DNA of 64,000 bases from Prorocentrum cordatum (taxonomy: Eukaryota). The notes beneath the pieces are model-generated. The model searched no databases, had not been told where the DNA came from, and worked only from the letters and a program-made list of their open reading frames with translations. The position numbers were made by a program, and so were the translations under genes. Positions 13,402 through 25,960 of the stretch are shown one piece after another. The first letter of the stretch is position 1. Each line of letters begins with the position of its first letter. The stretch lies in contig CAUYUJ010000001.1 of the NCBI GenBank assembly GCA_963575745.1, positions 1,488,001-1,552,000 on the forward strand, in the 5' to 3' direction.

Positions 13402-15404
13402 CTGACGATGATGATGCTGATTTAGATGATGATACTGGTGATGCGGCTGATGATGATGCTGATGATGCTGATGTTGCTGAGGATGCTGATGATGCTGATG
13501 ATGCTGATGCTACTGCTGATGATGATGATGCTGGTAATAATGGTTATGATGCTGAGTATGATGCTGCTGCTGATGATGCTGATGATGCTGATGATGAGGA
13601 TGAGGAGGAAGCTGCGGATGAGGCGGCGGAGGAGGAGGACGAGAATGAGGAGGAGGAGATGCGGAGGAGGAACAGGAGGAGGTGGACGAGGAGGAGTCGG
13701 AGGAGGAGGAGGAGGAGGCGAAGGGGGAGGGGGAGGATGACGAGGAGCAGCAGCATGATTAGAAGGAGGAGGGGAAGGAGGAGGACGAGGAGGATGAGGG
13801 GTAGGAGGAGGAGCAGGAGGAAGAAGAGCAGGAGCAGACGGAGGATGAGAAGGAGGAGGAGGAGGAGGAGGCGGAGGAGGATGATGAGGTGGAGGAGCAG
13901 CAGGCGGAGGAGGACGAGGAGGAGGGGGAGGAGCATGAGCATGAGCATACGGATGATGCTGATGATGTTGATGCTGATGATGCTGCTGATGATATTAATG
14001 ATGATGCTGTTGCTGCTGATACTGATGATGATGCGGATGACGATGGTGGTGATGTTGCTTATGCTGATGCTGATGAGGATGCTGCTGATTCTGATGACGA
14101 TGATGATGCTGCTGATGAATCGGATGGTGTTGCTGCTGCTGCGGCTGATGACTATGCCGATGCTGATGATGTTGAGGATGCTAATGCTGGCCAGTAGGAT
14201 GTTGCTGATGCGGATGCCGATGATGATGACGATGCTGAGGACGATGCTGATGCTGATGATGTTGGTGATGCTGTTGATGCTGATGCGGATGCTGCTGATA
14301 CTGATGCTGACTGATGATGGTGATGCTGATGCTGATGCTGGTGGTGATGATGATGCTGATGGTGATGATGCTGATGATGATGATGATGCTGATGCTGATG
14401 ATGCTGATGGTGGTGATGATGATGATGATGATGATGATGCTGATGATGATGATGATGATGCTGATGATGATGATATTGAGGATGATGATGCTGTTGATTG
14501 TGATGCTGATGCTGCTGCTGATGGCGATGCTGGTGCTGCTGATGATGATGCTGCTGCTGATGATGATGATGATGATGATGCTGATGCTGATGATGATGAG
14601 GATGCTGATGATGACGATGCAGTGGAGGAGGAGGAGGATGATGCGGAGGAGGCGGAGGAGGAGTAGGAGGAGCAGGAGCAGGAGCAGAAGGAGGAGGCGG
14701 ATGAGGAGGAGGAGGAGGAGGAGGAGGCGAAGAAGAAGCAGCAGCAGCACGAGCAGCAGCATCAGCAGCAGCAGCAGGAGCATCAGCAGCAGCAGCAGCA
14801 GGATGAGGAGGAGTCGGAGGAGGAGGAGGAGGCGGAGGAGGAGGCGGAGGAAGAGCTGGAGGAGGAGCAGGAGGAGGAACAGGAGGAGGAGGCGGAGGAG
14901 GGGGAGGAGGAAGATGATGATGGTGATGATGATAATGATGATGCTGATGCTGATGATGCTGATGATGATGTTAATGATGATGCTGCTGCTGATGATGATG
15001 CTGATGATGATGATGCTGATGATGATGAAGATGATGATGATGCTGATTATGCTGATGATGATGATGATGGTGGTGGCGGTGATGATTATGCTGATGATGC
15101 TGATCATGATGACGATGGTGACGATGATGCTGCTGATTATGATGATCATGATGATGGTGACGATGGTGGTGGTGGTGATGATGATCACGCTGATGATGGT
15201 GGTGGTGGTGATGATGATGATGAACATGATCATGATGATGATGCTGATGATGATGGTGATGATTATGATGATGATGATGCTGCTGTTGCTGATGATGATG
15301 ATGCTGATGATGATGACGACGATGATGATGATGATGATGATGTTGATGATGATGGTGATGATGATGATGATGCTGCTACTGCTGATGATGATGATGCTGA
15401 TGAT

Positions 15405-15504
15405 NNNNNNNNNNNNNNNNNNNNNNNNNNNNNNNNNNNNNNNNNNNNNNNNNNNNNNNNNNNNNNNNNNNNNNNNNNNNNNNNNNNNNNNNNNNNNNNN
15501 NNNN
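15405..15504. other. Assembly gap (100 N)
   Basis: Run of N. Confidence 1.
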
Positions 15505-15550
15505 GGAGGAGGAGGAGGAGGAGGAGGAGCAGGAGGAGGAGCAGGAGGAA

Positions 15551-15572
15551 TCCGTAGCCATTTTGGCTCAAG
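15551..15572 (+). other. Genomic copy of the dinoflagellate spliced leader (DinoSL)
   Basis: TCCGTAGCCATTTTGGCTCAAG, 22/22 match to DCCGTAGCCATTTTGGCTCAAG. Confidence 0.97.
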
Positions 15573-15747
15573 ACCAAACGGGGGGAAGCAACGAAGTTGC
15601 GAGGTAACCTGATTGGTCTTGTTGCCCATCCGTGGCCACCCTCGAGGCCGATTCAGGCCAGGTTTTCGCGAGCACGATCTTTCCCGCCACGGCGAGCCGC
15701 CAGAGCGGCCGTGGTTTCTGTTCCAAGAAGCAGGGACCCCTCAAGTC

Positions 15748-16925
15748 ATGTCGCCAGGTTGGTACTGTGGCAAGTGCGGGTTCTTCAACTACGGGCACCG
15801 TCGCGTCTGCCGCCAGAGTGGATGTGATGGGTGCAATCCAGTTCAAGCAGTCCGGCCTGATCAGAGCTACTGGGCACAGTACTCGGTGCCAGGCGGGGTG
15901 TGGTATCAAGGGCCTCCAGTGCTTCGTCAGAGTGATGGAGGCAAAGGTGGCGGCAAACATGACAAGGGCGGCAAAAAGGGCCTTGGGGGGGCAAGTCCCC
16001 TCAGGGTGGCAAAGGGCCAGGTGGCGGGCTTCCGCCACGGGCCCTCGCGCAGGAGGAGCGTGAGATGTGGCTGGCCATGTCGGAAGAACAGTTCGCCGTT
16101 CTGGGTCAAAGTTTGTCGCAGTCGCACAGAGATCAGCTCGCCCACGCGCGTGCCATGGCCAACTTCGGGCTGCAGGGCGCGCAGGCGGAGGCACAGCAGG
16201 CTAATCTACATATTGGCAAGTTCTCGCAGCAGGTGCTGCATCAAAAGCAGAGGCTCGCGAAGCTGGAGGGGCAGGCGCAGCAGGCGATCATGGCGGCGGT
16301 CGTGGCCAAGCAGCAGTTGCAGGAGACGGAGAAGCAGCTGGGCGAGGCCAAGTGGTGCGCGGCAGAACACCTGGGGTCCCAGGGGCTGGCGCAGCAGATC
16401 GTGACCGACGCGTTCGAGGCGCCGATCAAGGAGGCGCTGGGTAAGTTCGAGCAGGCGGTGCCGTCGGAGCTGGCCCCGCAGCTGCAGGGCGCGGTCGACG
16501 CGCTCAGGGCGGCCATGGCGGTGGTGGCGCAGCAGGCCGCGGCGGCGATGCAGGGGAGGCAGCCTGGTGGTGCCGCGGCGTCAGGCGGCACCGTCGGCGC
16601 CGCCGCCGCGGGCGCGGGCGCGGGCGCCGCCAGCGCGGGAGGCGCAGGCGCTGGCGCCCAGCCGCCAGGCGCCCAGGGCTCCGCAGGCGGCGGCGGCGAC
16701 ACGTCGCGCGACGTCAAGATGGTCGAAGCTGATGGTGGTGTACTTCTTGACCTTCGCTCTCAGCTCGAGTCTGATGGCAAGCTCGCGGACCCCGAAGTGC
16801 AGGCCACCATCCAGAGCCTGTTCAGCAAGGCGACCCAGCGCCTTGAGGAGGAGAAAGCTGAGGTGGCAAAACGAGACAGGCGCAGCAGGAGCCCAGGATC
16901 GAGATCTAAGCTGTCCAGTTCCTAG
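15748..16925 (+). pseudogene. LINE ORF1: RanBP2-type zinc finger plus coiled coil; one frameshift
   Basis: WYCGKCGFFNYGHRRVCRQSGC after ATG 15748. The frame changes in the G7 run at 15985-15991 into the 16065-16925 ORF (Q/A/E-rich heptads). Confidence 0.75.
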
Positions 16926-19900
16926 CCCGTGGAGTTTTTTCTCGGCCAATGTCACAAGTTGGCCGAGATGCCAGAGTTATTTGGAGAAGGAATGCGATGG
17001 AGTCACATGTTTCCTTCAGGGGTGCAAAGTCGAGAAGGCCGATCTGGCCCAATCCAGCAGCACACTTTTGAAGTTTGGATGGAATGTAAGGTTAGGAGCC
17101 TGTGAGATGACCCAGTCTGGAGGCTTGTCTTCGGGGGTAGGAGTCGCCTGTAGAGTAGGAGTAGGCATGGGTGCCCTGGAAGGTTTGCCGAGACCAACCT
17201 CGAGAGTTGTTTCTGCGTGGATAGGTGGATTGCTGAAAGGTAGCATCATTGGGGTCTCGGTCTACTTACCGTCGGGGGAAGGTGCAGGTGCCCAAGGGCG
17301 CCGGATCCTGATGCAGCTCGGGGAGACACTGTATACGTCTGGGGAACCCTTTGTCATTGGAGGGGATTTCAATGCGACGGCTGATGAAATCAGAGCTCTT
17401 GGGATCCTTGAGAAGTTCGGAGGTTCTATTGTCCAGCCTGGGAAGCCTACGTGCAGAGTGGGTAAGGAATGGAGAACGATCGGTTATTTCATAGTCTCAG
17501 GAGGCCTTGTTCCAGCTGTGGTAAGATGCAATAGGATTGAAGAGACAGAGCTTTCGACGCATTTTCCAGTTAAGCTAGTACTTCGCACGGATTCGCATCT
17601 TGCTCAGATTCGCGTTGTGGCCAAACCTCGTCAGTTTCCCGATGAGTTACCAGTGGGGCCTGCACCAGGCCCACCGCCAGCTTGGGAAGAGTTGCTAGAT
17701 AGGTTGGAGACCTTCGTGGAAGGCTCGGTTTTCACGGCTGAGCAGGCGAAGGATACGTATGCGGATTTCTGTGCATTGGCTGAGCAGGAGCTGGTGAACA
17801 CTTACCAGATCGATCCAGCGCAGGCCGATGGGCACACAGGAAGAGGAGCCCCCTTCAGGTTCGTTTGGAGGCCCGCTCTTACGAAAGCCGGAGGCCCCTA
17901 CCCTCTGGGATCTCCAGTTTCCAGGGCAATGAGGAGGTATAACGTCAGGATGGAGGAGTTATTGTTTCTGCTCCGCAAGGGCCGTTCAGGCCAGGATAAG
18001 CAGGTGCAGGACTTGCTGAAAAAGGCAAGGGAGCCGCCCACGATCCTGTGGGAGTGCGAGCGCTGGGTCAACTGGAGGCATAAGCATTTTTCTCTGGAAG
18101 GATACCACGCCGAGGCGCTGCACGAAGCGATCCAGGACCATGTAAAGTGCATCCAGGGTGAGGAGCAGGTTTGGAAAAGGTCTCGGCACCAAGAGTGGAG
18201 ACAATGGACCCGCTCGGCCCTGGAAAACGGCGGAGGGAGAGTTCACAGGTGGACGAAGCAGCCCAACGACTGGATCCCCGCGGACCCTGGCCTCGATGGG
18301 GCCCCTGGTGGTTTTCAGGATCAGGTGGGGGCCCTGGAGGAGGAGTGGAAGCACATCTGGAGGTTCGGGGAGGTGCCCAAGGTCGCTCCCAGGATGCTCA
18401 GTGAGATGCCCCTCGAGGACCCGAAGCCGCCTGTTGCGCCAGATAAAATCAGGCCCGCCTTGGGGAAGTTCAAGAAGCACACCGCCGTGGGGGTCTGTAA
18501 TTGGGCCCCGCGCGCGCTGAAGCAGCTCTGTGCCTCTGGCCTGCTTGCTCTAAGTGTCCTGATGTATTTGTGGGACACGTACTCCCAGCTGCCCGAGCAG
18601 ATTGCGCTGCTCATTTTGCCGTTTTTGCAGAAGCCTGAAAGGGGGAGGAGGCCCATTGGGATTATCTCCACCCCTCTGCGCCTCTATAGTCGGCTTCGGC
18701 ATGAGGAGGCGGAAAGGTGGGAGGACAAGCACGCGCGCACGTACATGTACGGAGGAAAGGGTCAGAGTTGCGAGATGGCTATCTGGAAGCAGGCGTTGTT
18801 GAACGAGGCCGCTCGAGCCAGCAATTTTTTCAGTGGATGCACGCTGATTGATCTGGAGAAGGCACACGAACGAATCACGCACGAGCAATTGATAAGAGCA
18901 TGCAACAAGCACGGGTTCAGTTTGAGGAGGTTAAGGTTTCTCCTGTTGGTTTACTCGGGCAAGCGGGTCATTAAAGTAGGAGAGGCGGTGTCTTTGCCCT
19001 TTGAGCTGAACGCCACCATTGTGGCAGGCTGCTCGTATGCGACGGCGCTGCTGAAAGTAGTGTTGTTAGATGTTTTCGACGATGCGGCCAAGAAGTGGCC
19101 GAGGATCGGCATTTCTTTGATGGTGGACGACACTGGTCTCCAGGCAGTGGGTGATCAGAAGCATGTTCGGACTCAGTTAGTTAGGTGCACTCTGTTTGTT
19201 TGCAGGTCCCTGGAGAAGCTCGAGATGAAGGTTTCGAGACGTAAATCGATCCTGGTGGCCTCGGGCCCGAAACTTGGAAAGCAGCTGGCGTGGGCGCTTC
19301 GGGAAGTTGGGTTCAAGCACGTTCAGGCGACCAAAAACCTCGGGGCCGATTTCAAGCTGAGGACTGGAAAGGGTAGAAACGTCACAAAAAAAGAGACTGA
19401 AGACGACCAGGGGCAGGGTGCGAATGTTCAGGGCTTTCAGATTCTCTCGGAAGCCGCTTCAGAATGTGTATCGAGGAGGCCCCACGCTGGCGGTCATGCA
19501 TGGTGTTTCGGTCGTCGGTCTCGGCGACGCGCAGTTGGAGCAGCAGCGCGCCTCGACAGGGGCGGCTATTTTTGGGCCTGTGAAGGGCCGCAGCCGCAGC
19601 TTGCAGTTCCTTTTGGCTGAGGTCGAGAAGCTCGACCCGATGTTCGCAGCAAAATCTTTGCCTCTGCAGATGTGGGTCAGAGCAGTATTTGATTCGTGGG
19701 CCACGGATGCCCAGATGAAGCACGCCTTCGACTACGCGGTCAAGGCTAGGTCTCAAGGGTGGAGGACGGCCCTAGGCCCAGCAGGAGCGGTAGCGCTCAC
19801 CCTTCGAAGGCTCGAGTGGGAAGCTGTCTCCTGGGATGTTTGGGCCAACGCGGACGGAGTGACCATCAACATCAAAGAAGTAGGGCCTAGGACTGTGCAA

Positions 19901-21355
19901 ACCCTAGCGGACGAAGCGACTAGACGGCTGCTGCGTATACGTGCGGGAGCTCATTACAATGCCTCTCGGGAGCCATATGTGGGGCCTCTGCGTGATGAAC
20001 TTGCTAGGCTACGAGGTGCTGGAGATTTTCTTGGGGCGAGTCTGCTTATCTTTCAGGTTTCTGGAGGTCTCTGGGCGCAGGCTGATGTTTTCAGGAAGAG
20101 GTACGTGATTGATGATCGGTGCCAGTGGTGCCTCCAGAAGAAGGGTACGGTTTTTCACCGATTATGGGGCTGTGATGGCTCCAAGCTGATCAGGAGGGAC
20201 CATGACCATAGTGGAATGGGGGCCGCAGCCGTGGCCCTGACTCAGCCTGATATCATGTTCACGAGAGCCCTGGTGGACTCCAAGAGGACCGAGTTCCCCA
20301 AGATCCTCCAAGGTGCCGAGTATAGGTGGGCTGTGAAGCCCGCGAGTGGAGTGTTAGGCGACACTGCCTGCATCGACGGTTCCGCCTACGACGGAGATAT
20401 TCGTCGGCTTTTGCGGGCTGGATGGGCGGTCGTCTCCATCAGCCCGAGTATGCAGGTGGACGCAGTGGCCTACGGGCCTTCCCCTCTCCCAGTGCAGGAC
20501 GTGCCGTCCAGTGAGCTTTACGCCCTCTACATGGCGCTGTGCCTCATGGGGCCAAGTATCCACAGCATAACGGATTGTAAAATGGTCTACGACGGGTGGA
20601 ACACGGGAAGGGAGGGGACGGTAAAATCCAACAAGTGCTACGCGGAGCTCTGGCGCCTCATCTGGATGAGGATCGAGGACGTCGGAGCTAATTCGGTGAA
20701 TGTGTGTTGGATGCCTTCGCATATGTCGGAGGCGGCGGCGCAACGAAGAGGCTATGAGCCTCATTGGTTCAGAGGCAACCAGGAGGCGGACTCCTGGGCC
20801 AAGACAGGTGCCAAGGCGCATCCAGCAAATCATCACCTTTGGGATCGTCTGCGGCATCATCATGATCAGGTTACGCTCATCTCCAGATATATGGTGGCGG
20901 TTCTCAAGCATGTCCATCAACTGGGTTATCCTGATGTATCATCATACTCTGAGCGGGCCAAAAGAGAGCCTGAGAATTCGGAGGCCCCGATTCTCGAGAT
21001 AGTCCCAGATGATAAGGGTCACGTTGTCTCGCAGGCTCCTGGCGGTGGGTGGGGATGCTGTGTCTGTGGGTTGTCGCGGGCGATTCGCTCTCGGCTGGTG
21101 CAGCTGCCGTGTCCTGGGCGTCCGAGGATTGTGTCCCAGGCCCACCCCACCCATCGTCTCTGGCAGAATGGAGGTCTGACCTGGTGCGTGCGCTGTGGAG
21201 CGTATGCCCGTTTGAAGGTCAAGGAGTTGTGTAGAGAGTGCTCGGGGAACCCCGACACTGAGTGGAAACGGAAAGCCCCGGGGATTTTGAAGCAGGGGAA
21301 GGATCCCTCGAACTCTAAACTGGAGGCGGTTATCCCTGCCCCCCTCAGGCGCTGA
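16732..21355 (+). pseudogene. LINE ORF2: APE endonuclease - reverse transcriptase - CCHC knuckle - RNase H - Cys/His-rich tail; one frameshift
   Basis: APE: SANV, SVYLP, GGDFN, STHFPV. RT: RRPIG, IDLEKAHERI, IVAGCS, MVDD, KNLG. Knuckle: CQWC...HRLWGC. RNase H: IDGS, SELYA, TDCK, WMPSH, GNQEADSWAK. Frameshift in the A7 run at 19386-19392. Start codon uncertain. Confidence 0.92.
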
Positions 21356-22159
21356 GTTTCCGTTTCATGTAAAGGGCGGGCGTCTTGTGTTATCGGGGCG
21401 ACCGCTGAGGAGCGCAAGAGCGCAAGAGGGGGAGGAGGAGGAGCATAAGGAGGAAGAAGAGGAGGAGGCGGAGGAGGAGGTGGTGGTGGAGGACGAGAGG
21501 CGGCCCCGTGGTCCCGAACCTGGCCCTTCCGCTCCCGCCCCTCCCGCCCTCCGCTGCCGACCTCCCCCCGCAGGACTGGAAGGAATCCGCCACGTCCCGG
21601 GGCGGCAGCGTCACCGTGGGGATCCCCGGCCGGAAGGAGCGCCGATCGGCGAGGGTTGGGGCGGGACCCTGAGATCCGACGTTTCAATATAATTGAGACG
21701 CCGCGAGAAATCGCGCCTGGAACCCTAGACCCTAGCTTTCTGCGCCATTTTTCGAGCGGATCGGTCTGTGGGGGTCGCACGAGCTTGCGCGAAAACGCCC
21801 AGCTTGAAAAACTTGAGTCGCCAGGATCTCAGGGGAGGGGGGGTCAGGAGGAAGGAGGGAGTGAGGGAGGGAGGAGGGAGGAGGGAGGAAGGAGGGAGGA
21901 GGGAGGAGGAGAGAGGAGGGAGGATGGAGGAGGGAAGATGGGAGGGTCAGGAGGACGGGGGCGGGGGGGAGCTCGGAAAGAGCTATTTCTGCCGCTACTG
22001 GCAAGCCTCTCCCTGGTTCGAACCCAGGGGGGGGGTCAAACAGCCTCCTACTCCGCTCGAACCGGGGGGGAGGGGGGGAGCGGGGTTGAGAGGCGCTCCC
22101 GCCCCCTCCCCCCCTCGGTTCAGTTCAAACGGCGGGGGTGAGTGGGGGGGGATTCCATT

Positions 22160-22560
22160 ACAGTTGGATCCAGGCCTAGTAGGGTCCTAGTAGAGCTGGA
22201 CCTAGCCTTTGCAGGATGCCATGAAAGCTGGTCAGGGCCGGAGTAGGGTGCCATTAAAGCTGGATCGAGCCCGAGTAGGGTTCTATTGGAGCTGCAGCCA
22301 GACCACAGTGCGATCCCATTAGAGTTGAATCGAACAATAATACCATCTTAATAGAGCTGGATCAAGCCCGTAGTAGGAGCCAAGTAAAGTTTGACCGAAC
22401 CCGAGAAGGAATATACCAGAGCCAGCCATTAGTAGAAGGATTCGATTGTGGATCGAGCCGTTGTAGGATTCCGTTCGAGCTGAATCTAGCCTGTGTGGGA
22501 TCTTGTTATAGCTGATTGAGCCCTAGTAGAATTTCACTAGAGTTGGATAGCCCTAGTGGC
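22160..22560. repeat. Highly degenerate ~32-bp minisatellite
   Basis: (G/A)AGCTGGATC.AGCCC..GTAGG-like units about every 32 bp. Confidence 0.65.
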
Positions 22561-22909
22561 AGGATGCGATGGGGGCCATTTCGAACAGGCCCCAATCGGT
22601 TTCCCGGAAAGGGGGGCGGATGTTTCCAGTCAAGCGACGGTGGATCGCGCTCCCTCATGCGCGTTCGTGTTCCCAGGCATTCGCCGATGTTTGTTTTTTC
22701 CATGCCACGCCCCATAGGTTCCGACCACTTGATCTCGGCCAGCTGTTCGCACCCGGTTTATTTTTGATAACCCAGGGCCCAAGAGGCCCACCAGTTTTTC
22801 GCACCAGAGGCCCACCACAAGAAGAAAACGCGGGCTGAAACATTCTCTTCAGCAAAACAACCGAAGGGCAGCAAAGGTGAAGAGGCAGGTCGAGGAGGTG
22901 GAGGTCGGC

Positions 22910-25900
22910 TAGCCTTCGCCACTGTCGCGGGCTCCTGGGAGGCACGGTGGAGGTGAGGTCAGCGGGGGTCCGTTTGAGACCTCGCGGCTCCGTCGGTGGT
23001 TGCGAAGTGCGGAACTGTCGCCATTTTCCTGTGCTCTCCACATTTGGGCTGAGGGCTGCGGGGAATCCTTTGAGTCTTCGCGGTCCCTCGTGGGCTGCGA
23101 ACTGCTCAATTCTCGCCAGTTTCGTTGGCTCCGTGGAGGCACGGCGGAGGTAGGCGAAGCGGCGGTCCCTTTGAGACCTCGCGGCTCCCTTTGTGGCTGC
23201 GAAGTGCGGGGCTGTCGCCACGTCCGTCGGCTCCTGGGAAGCACGGCGGCGTTGAGGGCAGCGCATATCCATTTGAGACCTCGCGGCTCCCTCGCGGACT
23301 GCGAAGTGCACACTTGTCGCCATCTTCGTGTGCTCATGGGAGTTCAAGCGGAGTGGAGGTGCACGCTCACCCAGCCGAGACCCTCGGCTCCCTGGGTGGC
23401 TGCGAAGTGCACAAACGTCTCCACTTTCGTGGGCTCCTGGGAGGTCCAGCGGAGTGGAGGTGTACGCGCACCCAGCCGAGGCTTCGCGGCTTCCTAAGTG
23501 TGTGCGAAATGCGCAACTGTCTCCACTTTCGCGGGCTTCTGGGAGTTCCAGCGGAGTGGAGGTGCACGCTCACCCAGCCGAGACCTCGCGGCTCCCTGGG
23601 TGGCTGAGAAGCGCACAAACGTCTCCACTTTCGTGGGCTCTTGGGAGGTCCAGCGGAGTGAAGGTGTACGCGCACCCAGCCGAGGCTTCTCGGCCTCCTA
23701 GGTGGGTGCGAAGTGCGCAAATGTCTCCACTTTCGCGGGCTTCTGGGAGTTCCAGCAGAGTGGAGGTGCACGCTCCCCCAGCCGAGACCTCGCGGCTCCA
23801 TGGGTGGCTGAGAAGTGCACAAACGTCTCCACTTCCGTGGGCTCTTGGGAGGTCCAGCGGAGTGGAGGTGTACGCGCACCCAGCCGAGGCTTCGCGGCTT
23901 CCTAGGTTGGTGCGAAGTGCGCAATTGTCTCCACTTTCGCGGGCTTCTGGGAGTTCCAGCGGAGTGGAGGTGCACGCTCCCCCAGCCGAGACCTTGCGGC
24001 TCCCTCGGTGGCTGAGAAGTGCACAAACGTCTCCACTTTCGTGGGCTCTTGGGAGGTCCAGCGGAGTGAAGGTGTACGCGCACCCAGCCGAGGCTTCGCG
24101 GCTTCCTAGGTGGGTGCGAAGTGCGCAAATGTCTCCACTTTCGCGGGCTTCTGGGAGTTCCAGCGGAGTGGAGGTGCACGCTCCCCCAGCCGAGACCTCG
24201 CGGCTCCCTGGGTGGCTGAGAAGTGCACAAACGTCTCCACTTTCGTGGGCTCTTGGGAGGTCCAGCGGAGTGAAGGTGTACGCGCACCCAGCCGAGGCTT
24301 CGCGGCTTCCTAGGTGGGTGCGAAGTGCGCAAATGTCTCCACTTTCGCGGGCTTCCTGGGAGTTCCAGCGGAGTGGAGGTGCACGCTCCCCCAGCCGAGA
24401 CCTCGCGGCTCCCTCGGTGGCTGAGAAGTGCACAAACGTCTCCTCTTTCGTGGGCTCTTGGGAGGTCCAGCGGAGTGGAGGTGTACGCGCACCCAGCCGA
24501 GGCTTCGCGGCTTCCTAAGTGGGTGCGAAGTGCGCAACTGTCTCCACTTTCGCGGGCTCCTGGGAGTTCCAGCGGGTTGGAGGTGCACGCTCACCCAGCC
24601 GAGACCTCGCGGCTCCCTGGGTGGCTGAGAAGTGCACAAACGTCTCCACTTTCGTGGGCTCTTGGGAGGTCCAGCGGAGTGGAGGTGTACGCGCACCCAG
24701 CCGAGGCTTCGCGGCTTCCTAGGTGGGTGCGAAGTGCGCAAATGTCTCCACTTTCGTGGGCTCCTGGGAGGTCCGGCGGAGTGGAGGTGCACGCGCACCC
24801 AGCCGAGACTTCGCGGCTCCCTCGGTGGCTGCGAAGTGCGCAAACGTCTATGTTTTCGTTGGTTCTTGCGAGGTTGAGCGGAGTGGAGGTGTACGCGCGC
24901 CGAGCCGAGGCTTCGCGGCTTCCTAGGTGGGTGCGAAGTGCGCAAATGTCTCCATTTTCGTGGGCTCCTGGGAGGTCTGGCGGAGTGAAGGTGTACGCGC
25001 ACCCAGCCGAGACTTCGCGGCTCCCTCGGTGGCTGCGAAGTGCGCAAACGTCTATGTTTTCGTTGGTTCTTGCGAGGTTGAGCGGAGTGGAGGTGTACGC
25101 GCGCCGAGCCGAGGCTTCGCGGCTTCCTAGGTGGGTGCGAAGTGCGCAAATGTCTCCATTTTCGTGGGCTCCTGGGAGGTCTGGCGGAGTGAAGGTGTAC
25201 GCGCACCCAGCCGAGACTTCGCGGCTCCCTCGGTGGCTGCGAAGTGCGCAAACGTCTATGTTTTCGTTGGTTCTTGCGAGGTTGAGCGGAGTGGAGGTGT
25301 ACGCGCGCCGAGCCGAGACCTCGCAGTTCCCTTGGTGGCTGCGAAGTGCTCAACCGTCGCCACTTCCGTGGGCTCCTGGGAAGCACAGCGGCGGTGAGGG
25401 CAGCGCAGATCCATTTGAGACCTCGTGGCTCCCTCGGGGGCTGCCACGTGCACAATTGTCTCCAGTTTCGTGGGCTCTTGGGAGGTCCGGCGGAGTGGAG
25501 GTCTACGCGCACCAAACCCAGACCTCGCGGCTCCCTCGGTGGCTGCGGAGTGCGCAATTCTTTCCATACTCGTGGGCTCCTGGGAGGCTCAGCGGAGAGG
25601 GGTGGTACGCGCACCCAGCCGAGGCTTCGCGGCTTCCTAGGTGGGTGCGAAGTGCGCAACCGTCGCCACGTTCGTGGGCTCCTGAGGGGCCTAGCGGAGT
25701 GGAGGTCCACACGCACACAGCCGAAGCCTCGCGACTCCTTTAGGACGCAGACCCAGCCGAGAACTCGCGGCTCCTTGGGGGGCTGGAAGTGAGAAATGAT
25801 TGTCGCCACTTCCGCGGGCTCCTGGGAGGCACGGCTGGGTGGGGGAGTACACAGATCAAGCCGAGACCTCGCGGCCCCTCGGGGGGCTGCGAAGCGTGCA

Positions 25901-25960
25901 AGTGTCTGCATTTTCGTGGGCTCTTGGGAAGTACGGCGGAGTGGGGGGAACACGCTGACC
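22910..25960. repeat. 102-bp satellite with 204-bp dimeric higher-order repeat, ~30 monomers
   Basis: GCGGAGTGGAGGTG(C/T)ACGC..CCCAGCCGAG units alternate between two variants; ORF-track starts recur every 204 bp (23498, 23702; 24519, 24723, 24927, 25131). Confidence 0.95.

Larger units (their letters stand above)
15551..21428 (+). mobile_element. Near full-length non-LTR retrotransposon (LINE) with APE, RT and RNase H
   Basis: Two-ORF layout, short 3' UTR ending in (AGCGCAAG)2, flanked on both sides by (GGA)n. The 3' boundary is approximate. Confidence 0.92.

Noticed and set aside
15551..15620. Functional SL RNA gene
   Set aside because: The SL is followed by AC rather than the GT/GC donor of an SL RNA intron, and leads directly into the LINE leader.
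22160..22560. ~32-bp periodic array as CRISPR
   Set aside because: The units are degenerate along their whole length, with no repeat-spacer alternation.
23328..25953. 400-550-aa repetitive ORFs and a CRISPR-like look
   Set aside because: Contiguous 102-bp satellite with no unique spacers and no cas genes; open on both strands.
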